Of a stretch of 64,000 bases of DNA, positions 50,576-61,544 are shown in pieces. The stretch is from Psammoneis japonica (taxonomy: Eukaryota), in assembly GCA_008632985.1 (NCBI GenBank), contig QPGO01000020.1:1-64000 (forward strand), given 5' to 3'. The position numbers were made by a program, and so were the translations under genes. Below the pieces are notes generated by a model. The model was not told the DNA's origin, searched no databases, and worked only from the letters and a program-made list of their open reading frames with translations. Each line of letters starts with the position of its first letter. The stretch's first letter is position 1.

Positions 50576-51958
50576 TCACAGTCCCTTTCTCTTCTTCGCC
50601 TTTTTCTTGTCTTTCCTCTTCTTCATCTTCTTAGCTTGCTGAACTAGCTCGCGAGCCTTCTCCAACGTCTCGCCATCCATCTCGGCCACCTTCCGCTTTG
50701 CACCCCTGCTTTCCTTTGCATCTTTCCCTATTATCATCTCCTTCGTGCTAACGTCTTCATCCTGTTTCTCCTCCTTTTCCTCTTCCAAGCTGTCGTTAGG
50801 AGGCTCGTCACTGTCAAAGCTCCAAACAACGAGACTCGTAATACGAGCACCTGACCCTAGCCGTGTACTCTCGACAATATCAACTGCGAGTTCCTCCTCG
50901 TCATCGGCAGATTCGTCGCTCGCTTCACTATCTCTGTCGACAGCGGTATCATCGCCATCGTCTTGAAGAATCATGTTTATGGCTCCATTCAAGTCCATTA
51001 TACTAACGACACCGGCGCTATTTGCTGTAACAACTAAGTACTCTCTCACAGAGCAAATACATTTGAAGCGCTCTTCTCCCGCAACCACATTCTCCACTGG
51101 TTCAATGGCCATGACAGCACGAATCTCCCCCTCTTCAGCCGAACACAAGAGAACAGGCAGTGAACCATCATTGCATGCTGCGGCTACAAACAAACCTCGC
51201 GGACCATTCAATAGAGTGACTTGATTGACTCTGCTGGGAAGGTCGACATTGACCAAATCGTTTCCGGATGAATCAACGTTTCGTACTCGAATATGATTCC
51301 CATGACACCATGCGTAGGCATCCCCATCGTCGGACCATTGCAAGCTTTCAATCATCTCTCTCTGCTTGTTCTTGCTGGAAGTGACTGCCAAATCACTATA
51401 AGCTAACCGTCCCTTCGTCAAATCCCACAGCTTAACCTTTCCGTCTCGTGCTCCCCCCGTCAAGGCCATTTTCCCAGAGGGATGCACTGCCAACGACGAT
51501 ATCCCACCATCGTGTCCAGCAAATACATGCTGAATCGACCAATCTCGCTTTTTGTACAAGACGAGTTTTCCGTGATCAAAGCCAACCAGACAATGAGACG
51601 ACGGAGAGCTCGATACAGTAGACGGCGGCGGGCAAAAGGCAACGCATGTCGGTGTTCCAAAGTCTGCTGGGGTTCGTATTTCACCAGACGAAGTCATTCG
51701 CTTCTTCCAATCATGAGTTTTCAACATTTCATCGTAACCACAAGTCAAAAGTGTGCCTGGCTGATGCTCATCTGCAGAAGCGGCCATACAGACATGTCTC
51801 GTACTGCCTTCATGAACTGGGGTTGCAAACGACAGTCTCAGCAGAGAAGAATCAATCTGATCCTGCGACATCTCCCATCCAGCCAACACACCATCATACG
51901 TTCCTGCCACAATTACTAGCCGTGAAGGCAACGCCTCTCGGTGAGATAAATATGACAT
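50576..51958 (-). CDS. PAK1IP1: MAK11/PAK1IP1-like WD40 60S biogenesis factor
   Basis: Motifs VIVAGTYDG, GYDEMLK, LAVHPSGKMALT, KLWDLTKGR and GARITSL, with a Lys-rich tail. Confidence 0.85.
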   Translation of the reverse strand: MSYLSHREALPSRLVIVAGTYDGVLAGWEMSQDQIDSSLLRLSFATPVHEGSTRHVCMAASADEHQPGTLLTCGYDEMLKTHDWKKRMTSSGEIRTPADFGTPTCVAFCPPPSTVSSSPSSHCLVGFDHGKLVLYKKRDWSIQHVFAGHDGGISSLAVHPSGKMALTGGARDGKVKLWDLTKGRLAYSDLAVTSSKNKQREMIESLQWSDDGDAYAWCHGNHIRVRNVDSSGNDLVNVDLPSRVNQVTLLNGPRGLFVAAACNDGSLPVLLCSAEEGEIRAVMAIEPVENVVAGEERFKCICSVREYLVVTANSAGVVSIMDLNGAINMILQDDGDDTAVDRDSEASDESADDEEELAVDIVESTRLGSGARITSLVVWSFDSDEPPNDSLEEEKEEKQDEDVSTKEMIIGKDAKESRGAKRKVAEMDGETLEKARELVQQAKKMKKRKDKKKAKKRKGL

Positions 51959-52301
51959 TGTTTTGATTGGCAACCTACTCCAAAATGCGATGATCTGTGG
52001 CAGATGTATCGTTATGGATACAGTACGACTGATAGATGGAACGCGTTTCCGGTATCCGAGAAAAAGTGAACGGCGAAAACGCATCTTGTCTGCTTGTCAA
52101 CCGCAAACACTTTCTCGCGCGTACAGAGCGCATCAGAAGTTAAAGACAGGCAGACAGAAGACAACCAATTGACACTCCAACACGACGAACGACGACACCA
52201 GAACATAGGGACGGTAAAACGCACCAAGTACTTCTATTTTCTATTTGTATGGATTTTTTAGCAACAACCTCAAAGCATCAGCAAGAAGAACATTATGCAG
52301 C

Positions 52302-52502
52302 ATGGAGGACGAGGACCTGCTAGAGACATCCCCCCCAACAGGCCCTATTGAAGGTGCTAATGCAAACTTTTTTCAGTGGTTCGGCAATCTTTGCTATGAG
52401 TGGGGATGCTACGGGCCCTGCCGATGTAATGCATACTGCCTCGATGATTGCTACGATCTTTGCACGGACGGCTCGTGCTGTGCCGGTGGATGCACGTGTT
52501 AG
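52302..52502 (+). CDS. Small Cys-rich (metallothionein-like) protein, 66 aa
   Basis: MEDEDLLE...LCYEWGCYGPCRCNAYCLDDCYDLCTDGSCCAGGCTC*, divergent from the MAK11-like gene. Confidence 0.45.
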   Translation: MEDEDLLETSPPTGPIEGANANFFQWFGNLCYEWGCYGPCRCNAYCLDDCYDLCTDGSCCAGGCTC

Positions 52503-52794
52503 CCACACTGAAGATGGCTGGCTTAGTACTGTTAATAGGCAGAGTATGAGCCTGCTGTTCTTCAGGGAATGACTGGTGATGAAGGATGTTTGTTTGTGCG
52601 ACATACCATGCAACTACGTGAAAAGATGTCTTCTCTCGCTTTGCCCGTGACTCTCGAGCCGACGTGCGATGGATGCGTAGCAGGTCGACCACCTACTCAT
52701 ACACTTCTCGCTGCTGATAAGTTGTCTTACAATGTTTCAAAGAGCGAGGTTCAAGGTAGTCGGTGAGAAGATTGTTCCATTCGTGGTCTCGGGC

Positions 52795-53312
52795 TCATAT
52801 CTTTGATGGATCATAGAATTGAGAGTGCCCCAAGGGCTGTCGAGCATTACTCAAGATAGTGATGATGATATCATTTCTACATCACGAACGACTCTTCGGA
52901 AGACAAGAAAACGAAATGGAGATGAATCAAGTCACGCTGTTTCTCAATTCTTTGCCGATCACGAACCACGCATAGCTCTTCTCAAAGGCAGTGGCTACGT
53001 AACGAAAATATGATCTATCATCGCTCACCTCTTATCTTTGATGGATCGTAAGAATCGAGAGTAACTCAGGTTTTCAAGGATTACCGTACACAAGATAGTG
53101 ATGCTATCACTTCTACATTACGAATGACTCATCGAAGTTACACAAACACTGGAGTCGGTCGAATGTAGTCTAGTGTCGATGGGACACGGATGATAAGAAA
53201 ATGAAATGGCTATTTCTCAATTCTTTGCCGATCACGAATCATGCATAGCTCCTCTGAAAGGCCGTGGCTCCTAGAGTCATCCAATGAAACGTAACGAAAG
53301 TATGATCTATCA
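52795..53312. repeat. Local tandem duplication of the 3' end/3' UTR of the adjacent gene
   Basis: atctttgatggatc, caagatagtgatg, ttctcaattctttgccgatcacgaa and cgtaacgaaa.tatgatctatca each occur twice. Confidence 0.75.
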
Positions 53313-53911
53313 CCTTCATCGTGGTCTTCGTCTCTCAGTGTTTGCACCGGTACCAATTCAATGTCAACCGGTCCGGGGGTCTCGTGATCGGCAGTGGTTT
53401 GTTCACGTATTGCTTGGTTACTTGCCTGTCCAATGTACAATGACAGTGCTTCTATGCAGCTTCGGTTTCGTATTAGCATCAAGACGAAGCCCAGTGTCAA
53501 GATCGGTAAAGCTATTGTATACCTCAGGTTGGTTCGACTAGCTGTCGTATGCGTTGCATTTGAAGTTGTTGCATCGGGCTTGGAATTAGTTTCGGAAACC
53601 GTGCTTGCCGTTGGCGCATGTGTCGATGAAACACTGGCTGTGACAATATTTGTTGGTGTAGAGGTTGGCGCATACGTGAGTGGTGCGGAGGTCGGTTCAG
53701 CTGTTGGTGCCGAGGCATACGTTAGCTTTCGCTGAGTAAACAGAACGTGATCCTTATTGTCTTGCAAGCTCAAAGGCCTCGGCATGACAGCAAAGTTTCG
53801 CTTCTCGTTTGATGTCTCTAGCCAGTTTTCCGAGCGGCGTTGCAACGACGCAGTCGACACGTCAACCGCCAGAAGAAAGGAATGAAAGGCTATGAATAAC
53901 AGACTTCTCAT
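53210..53911 (-). CDS. Type I membrane protein with Thr/Pro-rich (APT) mucin-like ectodomain
   Basis: Signal peptide MRSLLFIAFHSFLLAV, then SAPTAEPTSAPLTYAPTSTPT repeats and a TM helix YTIALPILTLGFVLMLI. Confidence 0.7.
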   Translation of the reverse strand: MRSLLFIAFHSFLLAVDVSTASLQRRSENWLETSNEKRNFAVMPRPLSLQDNKDHVLFTQRKLTYASAPTAEPTSAPLTYAPTSTPTNIVTASVSSTHAPTASTVSETNSKPDATTSNATHTTASRTNLRYTIALPILTLGFVLMLIRNRSCIEALSLYIGQASNQAIREQTTADHETPGPVDIELVPVQTLRDEDHDEGDRSYFRYVSLDDSRSHGLSEELCMIRDRQRIEK

Positions 53912-54129
53912 CTGAAGTAAGATCAGCAAGTAATGGCTATAGCAAGTCAATATCGCCTCCTCCCTTTTATTGAACTCTTGCCGTGATGAAGTGTCGCACA
54001 AGCTCCTCCGTCATGTTGGTGCTCAATCCCTCACCACGAAGCCAGTGCGCCGCATTCTTGTGTAACACGTGAGGTCATCCACATGAATTCTCTCTTTCCT
54101 TCAGTCGTGGTTAGAGGATGATGCATAAG

Positions 54130-56450
54130 GTAGTTGCAGCAAAACTTTTTGAATGAGAGCAAAATTTGCTTTTCACATCATGTGTGTCGCTTTTGTTTGG
54201 CGCGAAAAGTGAGCAGGTTGTTCCTCATGTTTGTAGACTGGCAGTGGCTTCCAGCGAGCCTGTCGGGCGAGAACAGATGGTGGCACCTTTCCTGTCCTTC
54301 TTGTTTTTTGTTTTTCTTTCCCCAACATGCAATGCCACACACAGTGCAATGCGATGGCCAATGAATCTCAGTTGCCTCTCCTCTGTTCTTCAACACACTG
54401 GTGAATGAGGCAACAATGCAGCGATCTGTGCAGTGTTGTCATGGCGGATGATGGAGCGGCAGAAGCAAAGGAAAAAAAATGAGTGGCAACAGGCCATCAG
54501 AGTTTGTTCAGTGTCACTGCAATGTTTTGGGAGTTCATCTGGATGCCACAGTTGCTCAGACCAGCAAGCAATCACTGTCATCCCAGACTTCTTTGATGCC
54601 TGGGAAGGAAATCTGCTTCCCACCTTGACCCGTTTTCTTCAAAAGAGCTGAGCTCTTCAAGCAGTCAATGCACACACACCAACTGTGTCTCTGACTGCAT
54701 GAGCCATTGCTTGTCTCCTTGCCAGCAAGTCAGCTCGATTTGTGGTGTGTGCAGACATGATGTTGCTTGGCTCTGTCAGGTCACTTTTGGCCAGTGTTGA
54801 CCAATTGCAAAGTTTTCTGCATCAATCAGATTGCAATCAGTCGACTGCACTGTGCAGCAACAATTGGCTGATTGCAATCATGAAGCAATTGCATGGTGAG
54901 ATGAACAGATTGCAATCATGATTGCAATTGCCCCACCAGCCAGGCATGCCCCCAATGCAGGGGTGCTCTCTGTGCAAGAGCACACTCTGCACAGGAGAGA
55001 AGCCCACCGCAGGAGAAGAAATTCAAGCCATTTCACTGATTTTAGCTGGAAAAAGAGCTCAAATTTTGATTGCAACAGTCGATTGTGATTGTGACCTTGG
55101 CTCTTGCCCAAGCAGGCCATTGCAATTGAGTTTGCCATGGCAATTGCAGTCAAAGTGAGGCTGACTGCAGTCAACCCCAGCAATTGGTTGACACTGCTTT
55201 TGGCTGCTTGGTGCATGGTGGGTGTTCTTGACTGCTGTCTTATGACCTCCTCATCTCCCCAGATTTGTTTTCTCAAGAAATGCCATTTTTCTTCCACAAA
55301 TGTTTTGTTTCCATCCAGAGAGTTTTGCAGCCAACTGCTTTGGAGCTGAGGTGGCTTGAACAAGCCCCAGTGGTTTTGTTGTTGGTGCTCTTTTGTTGGT
55401 GCTCCATTTTGGCACAGAACACTTGAAAGTCTCTGACAAAAAGTGAGTGCAGCAAATCCACAAAAAATTCACAGATGATCAGTGCTGAAACAGCGCAGGA
55501 TGCATTGAAGACAAGCCCCAGAGCATGGAGCAATGATGAACACCTCAGTGTGGGCCCCAGGCAAGAAAGTGTGCCGTGACATCACCAAGTGCTGCCACCA
55601 TTGTTGCAACAGTTCATTGACATGCACACACAGAACAACGTGCCCAAGCAAAGATTGCCGTGTTGTGCTTTTAGCATTTTCCACTGCAGCAAAAGTTCAA
55701 AGCATGGTGTTTTAAAAAAGGTTGAAATGCACCACAAAAGCAATGAAGGAGCTAAAAGACACAGGAGCCATCCGGGCTCCAGGCTGGAGACACCATGCAC
55801 TTGATTTGCCCTGACCTCTGGGCTGAGCTGGCAGCACCTGCACCGCCGATTTAGACAACACTGCTTCATGTCAGCAAAACAAGCTGCAAAACACCAAACA
55901 AGAGTGAGCACACTGGAGCCAGGGAAGGGCAAGTGTCATCCTGGGGCATTGCAGCACTCAGCACTTGGCGAACAACAAACACTTTGTGCCAGATGACAAG
56001 TTGTGGTTGAAAAACAAGCACAAAAGAAGCAAAGCTTTTTTTTATAGAGATTTTGTGTTTGAGTCAAAACCATTGCCAAATTCATCAATCACTGTCATTT
56101 TTGTGAAGTGTTGCAGAGTCAAAAAGAGAAAAGTGGGTGCTGTGCACTTGATGCAGTTGTGCGAGTGAGGGGGGTGGTTGTTGTGCGCGTGTTTCACCGT
56201 TGTTTGTGCACATGAAATTCGACGAACAGGGTTGACAAGAACAAAGGTTGTTGTCACGTGTGCAGGAAGGCTTGCAAGCCTTTCCATGCAGTGCCATGTC
56301 TTTGTGTGTAGAACATTCGTCGGAATTTGGTGCTTTCCAAATTCTTGCTAATTCACACGTGGCCCTTCCCACAGCTTCCCACGCTCCACATCACGACATT
56401 CACAGCCGGGAACAAGCAAAACGGCCGCCCGCGGTGACGTCTTTGTTATC
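54130..56450. other. TpA-depleted domain 3
   Basis: TA is almost absent. CG is retained mainly near both edges. Confidence 0.85.
54878..56098 (-). pseudogene. Probable decayed multi-pass membrane protein gene
   Basis: Fragmented hydrophobic minus-strand frames (LHALGLVFNASCAVSALIICEFFVDLLHSLFVRDF; LLGLTAVSLTLTAIAMANSIAMA). A possible start MTVIDEF at 56098 lies head-to-head with the PqiA-like gene. Confidence 0.35.
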
Positions 56451-56539
56451 GAGGTCCGAGCTCCATAATTAGCTGGTGACACACCACGACCCACGATGAA
56501 CGATGACAGTATTGGGATACTCTGCAAGCGGTGTTCACC

Positions 56540-57901
56540 ATGGACACTCCTTTGCTTGCACCAGACGACGGAGAAACGCCGCCTTCTCTATCCAATGGCC
56601 TTGTAAGTCAAGAGAGTGACGAAAATGAAGGGCTCCTGTCTCGGCTTTCAGGTCGCTCCGACACTGACATTCCAGTACAACAACCAGAACAACTCGTGAT
56701 TGAGGCAGGTGAAGATCCAGGCAGCAAGGCCTTTTTCATAATTGCCTCCGGGTCGCTTATATTGATTCACATTGGCTTCGTTTGGGGCTCCTATCTGGTC
56801 TCGTCATGGTCGGATACGTATGTTTTTGTAAAGGTATCGTGGTTGGATTCAACGGTCGAGTCTTTGGTGCAGTCAATTGATCTGGGCACGTTCATGTCTG
56901 TCCTTTTTCAGGCGCAACAGTACTTGCATGTTATATTCTTTGCGTTTGCTGGTCTGGTACTTCCAGTATTAGCAATGGTGGTTCACTCTGTTCGTATTAT
57001 TCAACACCAGTTGGACCTTGAAGATCAAAACGGGGGAAGACAGTTTCGATGGTTGGAACTCAGCTTGAGATTCGCGCTCCTTGTGGTGTATGCAATGTCT
57101 TTCTTGGACTTGTCAACTACGTTTGAGCTGCAGTGGACAGGTACCAATATTGCGGTCGCAAGTCGTTGGAGGGGTGGGCTTGTAGCATTTATGGGAGGCA
57201 CGAGTGCTTCATTTGTAGTGGTTTCGTTGTTTCGCAGGCGGGAAGCACTCGTGTTTCAGAATCATCGTTTAGGCGATGGGAATGATGGAAGAAATTGCAA
57301 TTGTGCTCCAAGCAAGAAGCGACGTTTCTTAGCATGGGAGCTTGGATTGATGGCCTTGATCTTGTTGGTACCGGCAACTACGCTGCCTGTGATGAGCATC
57401 TCCTATAGTGGTTTGGCCGCGAAGTTCATGCCGTCCTCAACGAAGCGCATCTATCTTTCTCAATTCCCAGTATTGTTGTGGGAACACGGTTTTAAGGCAG
57501 GAACGCAGCTCTACATGCTGACGGTGGGGGTTGCTCTATCTGTGTTTCATGTAGCAATTGCGCCGACGGTAGCCTTGATTGTGGGTCTCAACATGTGGTG
57601 GAACGAAGGAACTATGGACTCTGCATCAATGAGTCGTCGTCGCTTGATTGTGCACTGTTTGCATCCACACGTCAACTCCATCACATTTAGTTTTGCACTG
57701 GTATGTATGGGGATTTCTCTTTCGCAAGTGGGACATGTCTTGCTGGACAATGACGCGTATGGCCTTTGCGAGAAAATGAATAATCTTGTGGGCGAGCCGT
57801 GTCTGGACGTGTCGAGTCAATTGCTTGGGGGTGCCTGGTTTTATGTTGCCCAATCCGTGGCGTTGGAGATCTTTCTTTCCTTCACTTTTTCTGCTTTCTA
57901 A
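56540..57901 (+). CDS. Multi-pass membrane protein, PqiA-like
   Basis: Intact ~450-aa ORF with ~8 TM helices in two halves. The family assignment rests on overall resemblance only. Confidence 0.6.
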   Translation: MDTPLLAPDDGETPPSLSNGLVSQESDENEGLLSRLSGRSDTDIPVQQPEQLVIEAGEDPGSKAFFIIASGSLILIHIGFVWGSYLVSSWSDTYVFVKVSWLDSTVESLVQSIDLGTFMSVLFQAQQYLHVIFFAFAGLVLPVLAMVVHSVRIIQHQLDLEDQNGGRQFRWLELSLRFALLVVYAMSFLDLSTTFELQWTGTNIAVASRWRGGLVAFMGGTSASFVVVSLFRRREALVFQNHRLGDGNDGRNCNCAPSKKRRFLAWELGLMALILLVPATTLPVMSISYSGLAAKFMPSSTKRIYLSQFPVLLWEHGFKAGTQLYMLTVGVALSVFHVAIAPTVALIVGLNMWWNEGTMDSASMSRRRLIVHCLHPHVNSITFSFALVCMGISLSQVGHVLLDNDAYGLCEKMNNLVGEPCLDVSSQLLGGAWFYVAQSVALEIFLSFTFSAF

Positions 57902-58661
57902 TAAGGTGGCAAAAACTCTTTACCGCATGACAACGCCGGTGGCAGGTGGCTCTTCGGGAGAACGTAAGCTTGAATCAATCTAAGCTGCACTGCTAGACCT
58001 GTACCTTACAAGTATTTGATCCTCTATCGTGTACGATAGGGACTTCTGCAATGGGAGACCGCTGGCTGTCCAAAGGCCGAGCTACAAGGTGTAGAGGCCC
58101 GACTGTAGCTGGATTTTTGATGATCGGGCTTTCTTAGCAATCTAATAGAGACTCTCGTGCTAGGGCCTCTAGAGCTAGAGAGAATTGCCTGGTACCGGTA
58201 GTGCAATTCAATGAAATTCGCTTCCTTTCTCTCGTCCGTCTGCCCGTACGTGCAACGTGCCACTGATCAATTTGGAGGCTCTGACGTTGAAGTTTCTTAC
58301 GTAGAATCCAACGATGATTTTGGTACAAGTCCGGTCGAAGTTGGTTGGCGATCGGCGAGTTGCTTCAGACAACCATGTGATGATGATGATTCATTCCGCA
58401 TCAGTGGCTACCGACTGTTGCGAATTGGCAGGCTTTCGACATACATGAACTTGCGGACCTGAAGCTAGGCGTCTCGTTGTATACAAGAACCTTGTTCCTT
58501 TTTCTCTCGAGAAAGAGCTGCAAAAAGTCTAAACAGTTGCGACAGCATCGGAAAATACCTCACACGCACACATCCGTACTTTGCTTGTTGCGTCGTCCAT
58601 CATGTCAGGAAATAGCTCTCGGGGAAGGGTAGTACGGAGTAGGAGGAGTCCACCAATCAAG

Positions 58662-60964
58662 ATGGTTTCTTTTCTGTGCCTCGTACCATGCTTTGTGGTA
58701 GCATTGATACCGCCACATCGGCATCTGCCACATCCTTTGAAGCATCGAACGTTGGTCTCGCAGCTACCGAGAACACAACAAACAAGAGCAGGACTATATC
58801 CGAAGAAAAAAGAAGAGCGCACTAATGCTGAAAAGGTTCGAGCTACGACCTTGGCGGTCGATTCCTCTTCTTCGCAACAAACGCAGTCCCCGACGCCGTT
58901 GTCTGCGGCGAAGAATCCTAAATTGAAAATTCTCAAGGACAAAATGTGGCTTCGCGAAACAAAGGAAGACTTGACTGCTGCTGAGTTTGCTTGTTCTTTG
59001 GAAGCTACGCCAGACGACAGTGACGACGACGAGAAGCGAAAGAAGAAAAGAAAACGTGCAATCGACTATGAGAAACTCTTGACAAAACTAGAGCAGGCAG
59101 CGTTGGATCTATGCTGTGATACAATGGAAGACTGTCCCTTAAGCGTCGAAGACGGCGAAAGTCTTGCACCTTCTCTGAACGGAAAGGGGAGCATTGTTTG
59201 TACGGAGGAAGAGAGAAAAAAGCTCTTGGAGTACGTTGTTTTGATTCATTGGGAGCGACTCGCGTTCGAACGGTGCGTCCCTTACTTTTTCGCTTTTTTT
59301 TTCTTGTCTGCCTTTTGGTCGCCGCAGAAAGATACTTACGACGCGACATGCCCTCACTGAGATAATGCAGGGCCATTTTCTTGATCTGAATGACGACGAT
59401 GACAGGAGTCCGTTTAATATCCAGCTTCCAGAAATTCAGCTAGACATTCCCAAAGAGGACGGCAGCATAGGCACGGACTTGGGAGAAGACAGTCTCTTGT
59501 ACGTTCGTGACGATGGGACGGTGGATTGGGATGGCGCCCTTCAGGATCGAGTTGCCTTGAAGAAATTCGGAATAGCTGTCTGGGCTCGTATTAACGGAGA
59601 AGACCCCGATTTAGTCGACGAGGAAAATGTCGGAAAAAGCAGAGGTGGCTTCGAGGAGAAGCCTCGTGTTGTTGCAAAAATCGAAGAGACCGAGGCGATA
59701 CGAATGGAGAAGAAAAGACTCGATGAATTGATGGAAGAATATGACGATATGAAAGTCAAGCACCTTGCACTGTTGAATTCAGGTACGATCGGTATCTCGC
59801 CGGGGACAAGGTATGAGGTACAACTAGCATCGCTCACTTTTTCATTTTCTTTTTGCGTCGCCAGCCATCAACGCTGGTCAAGCCGTTGCTAATATCAACC
59901 TTGCAACGTTAGATCCGAAACTTCGAACGAAGATTCGGATATCGACGGAAACACTGGAAAAGAAAGAAGAAGAAGTTTCGTTTCAGACACTGATGTATGA
60001 GTTGGAGCGCATTTTCACTTATCTGGACGGCGAAATGTCGCTGAAGGGATCCATACCACTGCAGGATAGACTGAACGTAGCTGAGTTTGGCTTGCTGGAG
60101 TCACAAATCGAAAGTCTCAATTCTCAGATGGAGGCGGGCGAAATTGTCGATCCGGATGTGTTGGCTGTAGTTTTGGACCAGTTGAGAGATTTCAAACGCC
60201 GTCTCGGCATCGACTACTTTGTTACCGGTCTAACCTTTGATCGACAAGCAATCATGAAATGGCTTGGTGAACTTGGAACTAAAGCGAAAGATGGACTTGC
60301 ATTCTATGTCAAAGGTTGCCGTTTGTTTTGGAATGACATTGTCTTTGGCCTCAGCCTTGTTGGTAGAGCACTTCGAGGATATACCCTCAAGCCACGGGAA
60401 GTGCGAAACCTGAGGTAAGCCACGACGTAATACATGAGACGTATTCAGTTTCTTTATCTCACGTTTTCGGTTTTACACCCCGACAGGAGAACTGTAAAAG
60501 ACATAGTCACATTTGTCCCTGTTGTCATTATTTTGCTTATTCCTTTGTCGCCTGTGGGCCATGTCTTCGTGTTTGGAGCTATTCAACGATTCTTTCCTGG
60601 TTTCTTTCCTAGTTGCTTTACCGAAAGCCGACAGAATCTATTGCAACTTTACGAAAGCACTGAGTACTCCGAAGTGATTATCAACGAATCATGGGGGGTA
60701 AGTAATTTTCTCTTGCGGCAGTTCTTTTGTGTACTCTACGTCTATCTTCAATTGCCTTTCAGGTCATCGAAATTGCTCATCTCCTTTTTTTGCTATTTCT
60801 GCAAATGAACTTAGGAGAAGGTTTCAAGATTCTTCGAAGCTTTCATCTTCTTAGTTGCAAACGCTGTCCGAAAGGTTTACACCAGGCTTCGCTATGGTCC
60901 TTCTGGGACTGATCACACCGATTCTGTTAGTGCATCTAGTAGTGATGCTCAAGACCAACAATAG
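58662..60964 (+). CDS. LETM1-like protein, probably plastid-targeted, multi-exon
   Basis: C-terminal LKPREVRNLR/RTVKDIVTFVPVVIILLIPLSPVGHVFVFGAIQRFFPGFFPSCF. Introns near 59231, 59783, 60415 and 60698. The start codon is uncertain (58602 or 58662). Confidence 0.8.
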
Positions 60965-61544
60965 TTGATCAAGGTGCGATTGATGGCACCATAAGACGCT
61001 CGGGAGCATTCACGAAATATTGGCAAAAGGATCGACAAAGCAGAAAGATTTTCATAATTTAATCGAGTGATTCAGCATCGTGCCCTCTCTAATGGCCCCA
61101 ATAGAAATGTAGTCGTAGACGACACGGCAAGTGACTGCACCTCCAAGCACGATCAACATTGTAAAGCAAGGAGCTTTAAAATTGCGAGTACAGAGCAGGA
61201 CCGAAAAGGGAGGACTTTCTCTCTCTCTCTCACGGAGGTAACTTATTAGGGATAGTCGGTCGGTGATGAGAGAAAAACTCGCCCTCTCATCCTGATTTTA
61301 CCGGTGCGACACTGGTCATTGGCAGTTGCAAGGACATGCGTTTGGGCACTCTCATGTTTTGTCTCCATTTTGATAGAGAATTGCCGACGCTTAGACTTGG
61401 CTTGAACGCGAAACACATCATGTAAAAATTCGTGTTGAACACATTCAAAATCTCTAATTTAAGTTGACAAAGTACAAGCAGAAGCAGGCACTGATGATGA
61501 GAAAAACCCAACAGCTAAATGCGCCTGCTGGTTGGGCAGCTTAA

